A stretch of DNA of 64,000 nt, from positions 72,588 through 136,587 of the forward strand of contig DIDS01000014.1 of NCBI GenBank assembly GCA_002418265.1. The letters are read 5' to 3'. The notes under the pieces were generated by a model. That model did not search any database. It was given only the letters and a program-made list of their open reading frames with translations, and was not told the origin of the DNA. Position 1 is the stretch's first letter. Each line of letters starts with the position of its first letter. Both the position numbers and the translations under genes were made by a program. This document shows, piece after piece, positions 27,813-37,029 of the stretch. The DNA comes from Acidimicrobiia bacterium UBA5794. Its GTDB lineage: Bacteria; Actinomycetota; Acidimicrobiia; Spongiisociales; UBA5794.

Positions 27813-28718
27813 CTACGTCGCGGGGAGGACCTGGGGGGATGGGTCTGTCACCCAAACGCCGACACTGTCTGGCACGACAACGTTTGCTGCCTCGACCGAC
27901 GCCATGAACCATGCGTCCACTGCTCCATACTTGGCAGTTGAGTCGAGATATTCGAGAACCGTGTCTTCGTCAGGTGTCGTGCGGGAGGACACCAAGATGA
28001 TGTGATATCCGTACTCAGACTCGACCGGGTCGGTTGGTGTACCGATCTCGGCGTTCATGGCAGCCTCGGCGAACTCGGGAACGAACCCGGAAGGTGCGAC
28101 GCAACCGAGGTCACCAGCGTTGGCACCGGACTGGGTGTCGATCGACAGCTCGGTGGCAAGCTCACCGAAATCCTCGCCGGCTTCGAGCCGTGCTTCCACC
28201 GCCTCAGCCTCGTCGAGGGTTGCAAGGAGGATGTGTGCTGAACACACCTCGGTCCAGTCGAGTGGGAATTCGGCCAGTTCGGCCGCAGCGTCCTCAAGCG
28301 TTGGCTTGGTGTAGTCATCGGCGAGCTCATCCTCGATTGCTTGCTGGATGATCAGCTGACGGGCATAGAGACGAATCCCCGCTTCTGAGGCGTTTGCCTT
28401 CTCGAGGTATTCGTCGAGGGTTGCTGTGGGCGAATAGTCAGCGACAAGTTCGTTGACTCGTGCATCGACCTCTTCATCCGTCGGATCGATGGAGAATTCC
28501 TCAGCGGCCGCCTGCTCGACAGCCTCCCATTGGATTGCGACTCCGAGAAAGCGCAAGAAGTCGGCGTCGTTGATACCTTCATCGGTGTTTCGAACCATGT
28601 TCTCAACATCTGCTCGCGTGATATCTGCATCACCGACGGATGCAACCACTGATGGGGAGCTTGAGCATGCGGCAGCCGTGATTGTGACGGCACCGACGAC
28701 GAGCATGAGGCGTTTCAT
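27813..28718 (-). CDS. PrsA-like parvulin peptidyl-prolyl isomerase lipoprotein
   Basis: Lipobox AAAC, AHILL, GDLG, FVPEF, YGYHII. Confidence 0.88.
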   Translation of the reverse strand: MKRLMLVVGAVTITAAACSSSPSVVASVGDADITRADVENMVRNTDEGINDADFLRFLGVAIQWEAVEQAAAEEFSIDPTDEEVDARVNELVADYSPTATLDEYLEKANASEAGIRLYARQLIIQQAIEDELADDYTKPTLEDAAAELAEFPLDWTEVCSAHILLATLDEAEAVEARLEAGEDFGELATELSIDTQSGANAGDLGCVAPSGFVPEFAEAAMNAEIGTPTDPVESEYGYHIILVSSRTTPDEDTVLEYLDSTAKYGAVDAWFMASVEAANVVVPDSVGVWVTDPSPQVLPAT

Positions 28719-28861
28719 TTTCTCAAAGACCTTTCAAACGTGTGCAGGCAAGGCTATGGAGATCAGCTTGTTAGGGCATGGATCGCAGATGAGAATTTCA
28801 TGAACCTGTCAGTGCTCCACATTGGTTGTCATTCGATAGGCTCGCCCCAAGAGGAGGCCCT

Positions 28862-30259
28862 TTGATCCCACTGGCACGCACGACCGCGGCATCCGGTGCC
28901 ACGATTCCCGGATCCGCCGAAGTCGTCGTCTGTGGCGCGGGCATCGCCGGGATATCAACTGCTTTCCACCTGACGCGACTCGGTGTCCACGATGTCGTTG
29001 TGGTGGATCCGCGACCGCCACTGACCTTGACCTCGGACAAATCCACCGAGTGCTATCGCAACTGGTGGCCGACGCCACATATGGTTGCGCTGATGTCGCG
29101 CTCGATCGATCTCCTCGAGGCATACGCGGATGAATCGAACGACCGTTTCTCACTCACGAGGCGCGGTTACTTGTATGTCACGGCAGACGGCACCGAATTG
29201 GACCGCATGACGTCGGATGCCCACCTCATTGCTTCCCTCGGGGCTGGATCGGTACGAACACACACCAAGGCGTCTGGTGTGTACCAACCGGCGGACCTTG
29301 GCGGATACTCCTCCGACCTCACCGGAGCCGATGTCTTTTCAAGCGGAGACACGCTGCGCAACGCCTTCCCGTTCATCGGTGACCAGGCTGTTGGTGGAAT
29401 CCATGTCAGGCGGGCGGGATGGCTTTCTGCCCAACAGCTTGGTGCTTGGATGCTGGAGGAGGCGATCACTGCTGGCGCGGAATGCCTCACAGGTGAGATC
29501 ACCAGTGTGCAGTCGGACAAGAACGGAATCACCTCCGTGGTCGTTGACGGTCAAGCGACGGTTACCTGCAAGAGCTTTGTCAACGCTGGGGGTCCACTCG
29601 CCAAAGCGGTGGGACGCCTCGTGGGCGTCGAAGTACCGGTGCACAGCGAGATCCATCAGAAGGTGTCGTTCAAGGACCACAAGGCAGGATTCCATCGGTC
29701 CGCACCAGTGGTGATCTGGAGCGATCCCCAACGCATTTCCTGGTCACCCGATGAGCACGATTTTCTCGTCGAGACCGGAAACGAATCATTCCTCGGAGAG
29801 CTTCCACGGTTCGTCCACGGCAGACCCGAGGGTGGGACGGAGTCACCGTGGGCACTCGGACTGTGGGATCTCATACCCAAGGTCACTGCCACGCCCGAGT
29901 GGCCGATTGAAGTCGATTCGCTCTACCCCGAACTGGTCATGCGTGGGCTGACCGCCATGCTCCCCGCGATGTCTGCCTACTGTGACGGCCTCCCGGAACA
30001 CACCGTCGACGGGGGCTATTACACCAAAACGATCGACAACATCCCACTCATTGGACCCATCGGGCCCGCTGGGTCCTACCTGTGTGCGGCGTTGTCCGGG
30101 TACGGGATCATGGCGGCGTGTGCGGCGGGTGAACTCACCGCACTCCATGTCGCAGATGGGCCACTCCCCCCTCATGCCGACGCCTTCCGGATCGAACGCT
30201 TCGACGACCCCACCTATCTGCGGGCCATCACCGCCTCAGCTTCCGCCGGCCAGATCTGA
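28862..30259 (+). CDS. FAD-dependent oxidoreductase (DAO/sarcosine oxidase beta-like)
   Basis: GAGIAG, VNAGG, DNIPLIG, SGYGIM; GAGGAGG RBS before TTG 28862. Confidence 0.85.
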   Translation: MIPLARTTAASGATIPGSAEVVVCGAGIAGISTAFHLTRLGVHDVVVVDPRPPLTLTSDKSTECYRNWWPTPHMVALMSRSIDLLEAYADESNDRFSLTRRGYLYVTADGTELDRMTSDAHLIASLGAGSVRTHTKASGVYQPADLGGYSSDLTGADVFSSGDTLRNAFPFIGDQAVGGIHVRRAGWLSAQQLGAWMLEEAITAGAECLTGEITSVQSDKNGITSVVVDGQATVTCKSFVNAGGPLAKAVGRLVGVEVPVHSEIHQKVSFKDHKAGFHRSAPVVIWSDPQRISWSPDEHDFLVETGNESFLGELPRFVHGRPEGGTESPWALGLWDLIPKVTATPEWPIEVDSLYPELVMRGLTAMLPAMSAYCDGLPEHTVDGGYYTKTIDNIPLIGPIGPAGSYLCAALSGYGIMAACAAGELTALHVADGPLPPHADAFRIERFDDPTYLRAITASASAGQI

Positions 30260-30261
30260 CC

Positions 30262-31305
30262 TCAGTGTGAGGCACCGATGAGATCTTTGAGTTCACCGAT
30301 CTCTTGTGCGTGGTCATCGAGGAAATCAGTTCTCCGCTCCCCGCTACGGAGTTGTTCGCGTGTCTCGAACAGATCCCGTCCACACTCTGCATAGAGCTTC
30401 CCAAATTTCTCATCGATTGCACGCATCTCGGCGTAATCGTCGATGTCACCTGCTGTCATCAGAAGGGAATCGACATAGCCGAGGTAGCGTTCGAGCGAAG
30501 TTGTGTACTGGGCTGGAATGTCGTTGTCGACAAGGCAAGCGCTGAAACCTGCGAGCTCCATCTGAACCTCCGCAGAGTTGTCAATATCGGTGAGTACGCG
30601 TTCCCACGCACCGCGAAGATCTCCGTAGAGCTCTGACGCCCTCGTACGGTCACTGTCGAGATTCAAACTCGCCTCTTCCGTGGAACATGCGGCTGCGGCA
30701 GCGTCACGTGCCGGGTCTTCCACATAGTCGTTCGGAGACAATTCGTTCGGGCCAGCTGGTTCGCCCGGCAGGAAGACAAACCCGCTAGCAGCCAACAGAT
30801 CCGTTGGCGGGAACTGCCAGTTCGATATGAGGATCGGATCGTCGCGGCTGGGAAGCACAACTGGTTCGGGGCCGTCGAACCCTGCATCGGCCATGCACGC
30901 ACTGATATAGCTCAGCCGCTCACTCCAAACAGACTCGATACCGACTTCGAGAAGCACTGATTCGACGCTCGATTCGTGATCGAACGGGGCAACAGCGGCG
31001 CTGACGTCGATGGTTGACAGCTCCACGGGAGCAACGCTGCGGCTGGCCGGCAGCGGTTGCTGTGTGGTGGTTGTGGTCGCATCCGAAGGCGTGGATTGTG
31101 ACGCAAGCGGTTGGAACGAAGATCCACTGTCTGCAACAGCAGTGAGTCCAACGGCTGCGGTGACCGTGACCACAGCTGTCGAAGCGACTGCAAATCGCAT
31201 CATGTTGTGATGCCTGGCCACTGCAGCAATCGGCTTCGGTTCGCGCCCCCTCACGGCCCTGTGTATGTCGGTGGATGCTTGGTCGAGACGTTCATCAAGA
31301 TTCAT
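30262..31305 (-). CDS. Single-TM protein, putative anti-sigma factor
   Basis: MNLDERL start overlapping sigma gene stop; short N-terminus, TM, extracytoplasmic Cys-containing domain. Confidence 0.6.
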   Translation of the reverse strand: MNLDERLDQASTDIHRAVRGREPKPIAAVARHHNMMRFAVASTAVVTVTAAVGLTAVADSGSSFQPLASQSTPSDATTTTTQQPLPASRSVAPVELSTIDVSAAVAPFDHESSVESVLLEVGIESVWSERLSYISACMADAGFDGPEPVVLPSRDDPILISNWQFPPTDLLAASGFVFLPGEPAGPNELSPNDYVEDPARDAAAAACSTEEASLNLDSDRTRASELYGDLRGAWERVLTDIDNSAEVQMELAGFSACLVDNDIPAQYTTSLERYLGYVDSLLMTAGDIDDYAEMRAIDEKFGKLYAECGRDLFETREQLRSGERRTDFLDDHAQEIGELKDLIGASH

Positions 31306-31858
31306 GGTTGTCCTCCAATGTCGCGAGACGACGAGTGAGTGATTTGCGGGCACGGCGAAGATGTGATCGAACGGTTTCGGCGGAAAGGTCCAGAATCTCG
31401 GCAACGTCGTCGAGTGCCAGGTCTTCGAGGTAGTGCAGCGCGACGACTTGGGCTTGCCGTTTGGGGAGCTTCCTGACTGCTCGCCAAAGATCGTGGGACT
31501 CTGCAGCCATTTCGGGAAGCAGCATGTCGGTTTGGAAGAGCTTGGGGAGCGCTTTGGCCTCAACGACACGACGACGTATGGCTGAGACCGACCGATTCGC
31601 CACGACGCGGCGCACCCAGGCGCCGGGGTTCTCATAATTTCCAACTTCGTCCCATCGGCGATAGGCCGCCAGGAACGCCTCTTGCGCAATGTCCTCCGAT
31701 GCAAGACGGCTACCCGAAAGGGCATATGCCAAGCCGGATACTGCCTGGAACTCGACGCGGTAGAAGGTCTCGAAGCGTGGGGTTGCACGAACGACCGGCA
31801 GGTCAAATTCGCTCGTGTCATCAGACGGCACCATCGTCACGTTCATTCCGTTCGCCAT
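31295..31858 (-). CDS. ECF RNA polymerase sigma factor
   Basis: EDIAQEAF, WVRRVVAN (region 2); LPKRQAQVVALHY..TVRSHLRRAR (region 4). Confidence 0.9.
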   Translation of the reverse strand: MANGMNVTMVPSDDTSEFDLPVVRATPRFETFYRVEFQAVSGLAYALSGSRLASEDIAQEAFLAAYRRWDEVGNYENPGAWVRRVVANRSVSAIRRRVVEAKALPKLFQTDMLLPEMAAESHDLWRAVRKLPKRQAQVVALHYLEDLALDDVAEILDLSAETVRSHLRRARKSLTRRLATLEDNHES

Positions 31859-31934
31859 ACCTGTTACTCGCACAACGGCATGATCTGGGGTGAAGGAATC
31901 TTTGGGCACCGTGCAGCGGACCATAAACAATGTC

Positions 31935-31962
31935 GGAACCCGGCATGCAGCACCGTGCGTCA
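31935..31962 (+). promoter_or_regulatory. Candidate ECF-sigma promoter
   Basis: GGAAC-N18-CGTCA upstream of the SIMPL gene. Confidence 0.45.
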
Positions 31963-32001
31963 TAACGTTGGTCAAGGATTCAACATGAGAAGGAGCACAC
32001 C

Positions 32002-32745
32002 TTGAAGAAGGCCACCATTGTCGTTGGGATTGCTGCGCTTGCGGTTGCCGTTTCTGCGTGCACACCGTCAGTCACCGTCGAATCGCCGAGCGCACCGTCC
32101 GAAGCGGCACCGTCTGGTATTTCCGTAAGCGGTATCGGGGAAGTCACGGGTACGCCGGACACGTTGACGATGTCCTTTGGGGTCTCCGTCATACGCGACT
32201 CCGTATCAGAAGCAGTAGCGATCGCCGCACAAAAGGCCGAAGCCGTCATCGAATCGCTGAAAGCAAACGGTTTGGCGGAAGAGGACATCCAAACGGCGAA
32301 CTACTCGGTGTATCCCCAGTACGACTGGAGCAACAACACCCAAAAGCTCATCGGCTACCAGGTGAACAACTCGGTGATTGCCAAGATCAGGGATCTCGAC
32401 ACTGCTGGAACCGTCATTGATGGCGCAACCGGCGCAGGTGGAGACGAGACAACGGTGAGCGGAGTGTCGTTCTCGATCGAGGACAACGACGCACTCATCG
32501 AGGCTGCCCGCGAGGCTGCGTGGAACGATGCCAAGCAGAAGGCCGAACAACTCGCATCGCTGTCTGGTGTGACCCTCGGAAGTCCGATATCTGTATCTGA
32601 GACGTTCGCGCCCTCTCCCCAGCCATTTGCCTACGACGAGATTGCCTATGCAATGGCCGATGGTGCCGAGGTCACCACACCGATCAATCCGGGTGAACAG
32701 CAAGTCGCGGTGTCACTCTCCGTTCAGTTCTCCATCCAGGATTGA
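32002..32745 (+). CDS. SIMPL/DUF541 domain lipoprotein
   Basis: Lipobox VSAC, ISVSGIGEV..PD, IQTAN.SVYPQY, AKQKAEQLA, PGEQ. Confidence 0.9.
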   Translation: MKKATIVVGIAALAVAVSACTPSVTVESPSAPSEAAPSGISVSGIGEVTGTPDTLTMSFGVSVIRDSVSEAVAIAAQKAEAVIESLKANGLAEEDIQTANYSVYPQYDWSNNTQKLIGYQVNNSVIAKIRDLDTAGTVIDGATGAGGDETTVSGVSFSIEDNDALIEAAREAAWNDAKQKAEQLASLSGVTLGSPISVSETFAPSPQPFAYDEIAYAMADGAEVTTPINPGEQQVAVSLSVQFSIQD

Positions 32746-32763
32746 CCAGAATCACCCTGCAAG

Positions 32764-32818
32764 CGCGTACCCAGGGTATGAACCCACCCTCACGGTCGGT
32801 TCATACCCTGGGTACGCG
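32764..32818. repeat. Perfect 21-bp inverted repeat (REP-like hairpin)
   Basis: CGCGTACCCAGGGTATGAACC-13nt-GGTTCATACCCTGGGTACGCG. Confidence 0.9.
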
Positions 32819-32941
32819 AGATCGGTTTGGACCAGATGCGACGAACGGTGACCGCAGGTATGGTATGGCCAAGATCTGTATCGCTCTGGTCGTCAAAGCG
32901 GTACGACTCGGGAGCCGCCAGGTGGCGGAGCAGGGAGCGAT

Positions 32942-33502
32942 ATGAGACCCGTGAGGATGACCATTGCGGTCGGATTCCTGGCGCTCGTCGCTACGGGATG
33001 TAGCGGTGGAGAAACCGTTGCCAGCACAACCACCACGACCGTTCCCTTCACAACAACATCGGTTGCGGCAACAACGTCGACAACCACATCAACCACAACG
33101 ACCACCACCGTGCCGCCAAGCCTTGGGGCCACGTCGACCATTTTCCGCGTCCAGCAGGATTTGGCTGCACTCGGCTTCTTTGATGGCCAGATTGATGGGA
33201 TAGCGGGTGAGGAGACACAAAAAGCTCTCAAGGCCTTCCAGACACAACAGGGCTTGGAGGCCGACGGCGAGTTCGGGCCAAAGACGGATGCGGCCCTCTA
33301 CCCGCTCCTGATGAAGAACAAGGCCTATGTCGAGAGCCTCCAGGAAGATCTGACCGAGGCAGGCTTGTACACCGGCCCAATCGATGGCAGCTATGGCAAG
33401 GGAACCAAGGCCGCCGTTGAGAAGCTCCAGGAATCCTGTGACATCGAAAAGACAGGGAACATCGATATCGCGACACGGATATGTCTCGACGAAGCGATTT
33501 AG
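32942..33502 (+). CDS. Peptidoglycan-binding domain lipoprotein
   Basis: Lipobox ATGC, Thr-rich linker, two DG..G..T..A...Q PG_binding_1 repeats. Confidence 0.85.
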   Translation: MRPVRMTIAVGFLALVATGCSGGETVASTTTTTVPFTTTSVAATTSTTTSTTTTTTVPPSLGATSTIFRVQQDLAALGFFDGQIDGIAGEETQKALKAFQTQQGLEADGEFGPKTDAALYPLLMKNKAYVESLQEDLTEAGLYTGPIDGSYGKGTKAAVEKLQESCDIEKTGNIDIATRICLDEAI

Positions 33503-33555
33503 GAATCTGACGTCTGACGTCTGAGATCAGACTCGGTTAGGCGGTATGCATACTC

Positions 33556-34056
33556 ATGACCCTCACTGCGGAACTTATCAATGCGGTTACCTGGAAGATC
33601 CCGAACGCGCTTGCCCTTGTTGGTTCGCGATCAGATGACGAGTGGAATGGAATGACAACGTCTTGGATCACCCAGGTATCCCAAGACCCGATACTCATCG
33701 GAATCGGTGTCGATACTGTCGCAATCACGCACCGGCTCATCGCCGATGGAGGGAGCTTCACGGTCAACTTGTGGGATGCGGAAGATACGCGTCCGTTCGT
33801 GAAGTTCTCCAAGCCAGCGACAAAGGACGGAATGACACTCAACGGACTTGCGATCACCGAGGGGCAAACCGGGGCCCCGATCTTTGACGATGCCATTGCC
33901 TGGCTTGAATGCGTCGTGGTGAATCCGGTGCCTTGCGGCACCCATACGTTCTTCATCGGTGAGCTCGTCGCTGCCGGCATCAACGACGATGAGGCAAGAC
34001 CAGCCTCCATGGCAGACACTCGCATGAAGTACGGGGGGACGCGAAGAGGTCATTGA
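33556..34056 (+). CDS. Flavin reductase family protein
   Basis: NGMTTSW, GAPI, AWLEC, GTHTFFIGE. Confidence 0.88.
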   Translation: MTLTAELINAVTWKIPNALALVGSRSDDEWNGMTTSWITQVSQDPILIGIGVDTVAITHRLIADGGSFTVNLWDAEDTRPFVKFSKPATKDGMTLNGLAITEGQTGAPIFDDAIAWLECVVVNPVPCGTHTFFIGELVAAGINDDEARPASMADTRMKYGGTRRGH

Positions 34057-34057
34057 T

Positions 34058-34127
34058 CAGAAGTCAGACGTCAGACGTCAGACGTCAGACGTCAGATGCT
34101 GTGAGCTGTGAGCCGTAAGCTGTGAGC
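34058..34127. repeat. In-phase array of ten heptamers (CAGACGT then TGTGAGC types)
   Basis: Read directly between flavin reductase stop and aceE start. Confidence 0.9.
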
Positions 34128-34145
34128 AGCGAGTAAAGCGAGCCC

Positions 34146-36848
34146 ATGCCCCAACGCCCCATCTACATCGACGGATTCACCCATCAGCTCTTGGACGCCG
34201 ATCCTCCCGAGACCGACGAGTGGATCGCTGCCCTTGACGACATCATCTCGGTCGACGGTGAAACTCGTGCCCGCTACCTCATGGCACGCCTCACCGAGCA
34301 CAGCCGATTCCGCAACATCGGGGTACCCGGATCTGTCTCGACGCCGTACATCAACACCATCCCACCCGGAGCGGAGGCCAACTTCCCCGGTGATGCAGAT
34401 ATCGAGCGACGGATTCGGCGACTCATCCGGTGGAATGCCGCAGCCATGGTCATCAGGGCAAACAAGGCCGAAGACGGTATCGGAGGCCACCTGTCGACGT
34501 TCGCCTCCTCTGCAACGCTGTACGAGGTCGGTTTCAACCACTTCTTTCGCGGACACGCCGACGGCACTCCCGGTGACCACATCTATTTCCAGGGTCATGC
34601 CAACCCCGGTGTCTACGCCAGAGCCTTCCTTGAAGGACGTCTGAGCGAAGACCAGCTCGACCACTTCCGGCGTGAGATCAACGGAGGTATCTCAAGCTAT
34701 CCGCACCCGCGCCTGATGCCGGATTTCTGGGAATTCCCGACCGTCTCCATGGGATTGGGACCCATCAACTCGATCTACCACGCCCAGTTCCTCCGATACC
34801 TCGACAGTCGAGGTCTCGACGACACGAAGAAGTCCCGCGTGTGGGCGTTCCTCGGAGACGGCGAGACGGATGAGCCCGAAACACTCGGGTCGATCACCCT
34901 CGCCGGTATTGAAAAGCTCGACAACCTGACCTGGGTGGTCAACTGCAACCTCCAAAGACTTGACGGTCCCGTCCGGGGCAACGGGAAGATCATCCAGGAA
35001 CTCGAAGCGAACTTCCGCGGTGCGGGATGGAACGTCATCAAGGTCATCTGGGGTTCCGACTGGGACCCGATTCTCGCCCGTGACACCACGGGTGCACTCG
35101 TCGAGAAGATGAATGCAACGGTCGACGGTGAATACCAGCGGTTCAAGGCCGAATCGGGAGCGTACGTTCGTGAGAACTTCTTTGGGCCCGACCCCAGACT
35201 CCGGGCACTCGTCGAAGACATGACCGATGACGAGATCGGGGACCTCCGACGTGGTGGCCTCGACTACCGCAAGATCTACGCTGCATACCACTCGGCTACC
35301 GAGTTGCGGGGAGCACCAACCGTGATCCTCGCCAAGACCATCAAGGGCTGGACCCTGGGACCCGACATTGCTGGCAAGAACGCAACACATGCCATCAAGA
35401 AACTGACCGGAGAACAGCTCAAAGAACTGCGGGATCGGCTCATGCTCCACGATGAGATCCCTGACGAGGATCTCGAAGATGGGATCCCACCATTCGTCAT
35501 GTTCGAGGAGGGCTCTGTCGAGCAGCGGTACCTCATGGAGCGTCGGGAACACCTCAACGGACCCATACCGAAACGCGGTGTGCCGATCAGATCTCCCCTC
35601 GAGCTCCCGTCTCACGCCCCGTTCGCCGAATTCGAAAGCGGTTCGGGAGAGATCGAGATTTCCACCACCGGCGTATTCACTCGGCTCCTACGTAGCTTGA
35701 CCCGAGACAAGGCCTTCGGAAGCCGGGTCGTACCGATCATCCCCGATGAAGGACGCACCTTCGGTATGGATGCGTTGTTCAAAGAGATCAAGATCTACGC
35801 ACCCGAAGGGCAGCTCTACGAACCTGTCGACCACAACCTCATCCTGTCCTACAGAGAAGCCAAAGATGGCCAGATCCTTCAACAGGGCATCACCGAAGCT
35901 GGTGCGACCGCTTCGTGGATTGCTGCGGCAACTTCCTACTCAACGCGGGGAGTCCCCGTCGTTCCCTTCTTCTCGTTCTATTCGATGTTCGGTTTTCAGC
36001 GAGTTGGCGACTTGCTGTGGGGTGCTGCCGACGCTCGGGCCCGAGGGTTCCTTCTGGGAGCCACTGCAGGTCGCACGACACTTCTCGGTGAGGGACTCCA
36101 GCACCAGGACGGCCACAGCCATGTGCTTGCAAGCGTGGTTCCGACCTGTGAGGCATACGACCCGGCATTCGCATACGAAGTCGCAACGATCATTGAAAGC
36201 GGCCTGCATCGCATGTACGGCGACAACGACGACGTGTACTACTACCTCACGCTCTACAACGAGAACTACGTCCAGCCCGCCATGCCCGAGGGAAGCCGTC
36301 AGGGCATCATCGACGGGTTGTACCGCTTCGATGCCGGACCAGGTGGCGGTGACCATGCTGCGACGATCCTCTTCTCCGGTCCGAGCCAGGGTGCCGCTCG
36401 AGCGGCTCAGACAGAGCTTTCTGACCGGTTTGGCGTATCTGCCGAACTTTGGAGTGCCACCTCCTACAAGAAGTTGCGAGAGGAAGCTCTTGAGACCGAC
36501 CGATGGAATCGCCTCCACCCAACGCTTACACGGCGCGTCCCATTCGTGACCGAGCAGCTCAACACGTCCCGAGGTCCGATCGTTGCTGTCACCGACTACA
36601 TGCGCATCGTGCCTGATCAGATAGCACCGTATGTCCCAAGAACCTTCACGTCGTTGGGAACAGACGGCTTTGGACGAAGTGACACACGCGAGGCACTTCG
36701 GGATTTCTTCGAGACAGACATGCGCCACGTCGTCGTGGCAACACTGGCTTTGTTGGCCAAAGAGGACGCCATCTCTCCAAACGTTGTCTCTGAAGCGATC
36801 GCCGCATACGACATCGATCCGGACATCGCAGCACCCTGGACGCGGTAG
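34146..36848 (+). CDS. aceE: Pyruvate dehydrogenase E1, homodimeric type
   Basis: GGHLSTFAS, SSYPHP, GDGETDEPE, YSMFGFQR, GEGLQHQDGH. Confidence 0.96.
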   Translation: MPQRPIYIDGFTHQLLDADPPETDEWIAALDDIISVDGETRARYLMARLTEHSRFRNIGVPGSVSTPYINTIPPGAEANFPGDADIERRIRRLIRWNAAAMVIRANKAEDGIGGHLSTFASSATLYEVGFNHFFRGHADGTPGDHIYFQGHANPGVYARAFLEGRLSEDQLDHFRREINGGISSYPHPRLMPDFWEFPTVSMGLGPINSIYHAQFLRYLDSRGLDDTKKSRVWAFLGDGETDEPETLGSITLAGIEKLDNLTWVVNCNLQRLDGPVRGNGKIIQELEANFRGAGWNVIKVIWGSDWDPILARDTTGALVEKMNATVDGEYQRFKAESGAYVRENFFGPDPRLRALVEDMTDDEIGDLRRGGLDYRKIYAAYHSATELRGAPTVILAKTIKGWTLGPDIAGKNATHAIKKLTGEQLKELRDRLMLHDEIPDEDLEDGIPPFVMFEEGSVEQRYLMERREHLNGPIPKRGVPIRSPLELPSHAPFAEFESGSGEIEISTTGVFTRLLRSLTRDKAFGSRVVPIIPDEGRTFGMDALFKEIKIYAPEGQLYEPVDHNLILSYREAKDGQILQQGITEAGATASWIAAATSYSTRGVPVVPFFSFYSMFGFQRVGDLLWGAADARARGFLLGATAGRTTLLGEGLQHQDGHSHVLASVVPTCEAYDPAFAYEVATIIESGLHRMYGDNDDVYYYLTLYNENYVQPAMPEGSRQGIIDGLYRFDAGPGGGDHAATILFSGPSQGAARAAQTELSDRFGVSAELWSATSYKKLREEALETDRWNRLHPTLTRRVPFVTEQLNTSRGPIVAVTDYMRIVPDQIAPYVPRTFTSLGTDGFGRSDTREALRDFFETDMRHVVVATLALLAKEDAISPNVVSEAIAAYDIDPDIAAPWTR

Positions 36849-37029
36849 AAACGGAGCTCACAGCTAACAGCTGACAGCTTTCGGCTCCTTGCCTTCCACT
36901 CTTTGAACCGTGAACTGTGAGCTTCTTTGTGCCGATTCTGTGGTACAAGCAGCCCCCATTCCGCTACCGTGCCTCCATGGGACGAACCTCGTTCGTCCAT
37001 TCCCATGCAAACTAAGGAGGAACAAGACG

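Noticed and set aside
30262..31821. 519-aa ORF as given in the track
   Set aside because: Its N-terminal part is an alternative frame of the ECF sigma gene; real start is probably ATG 31305 after GGAGG.
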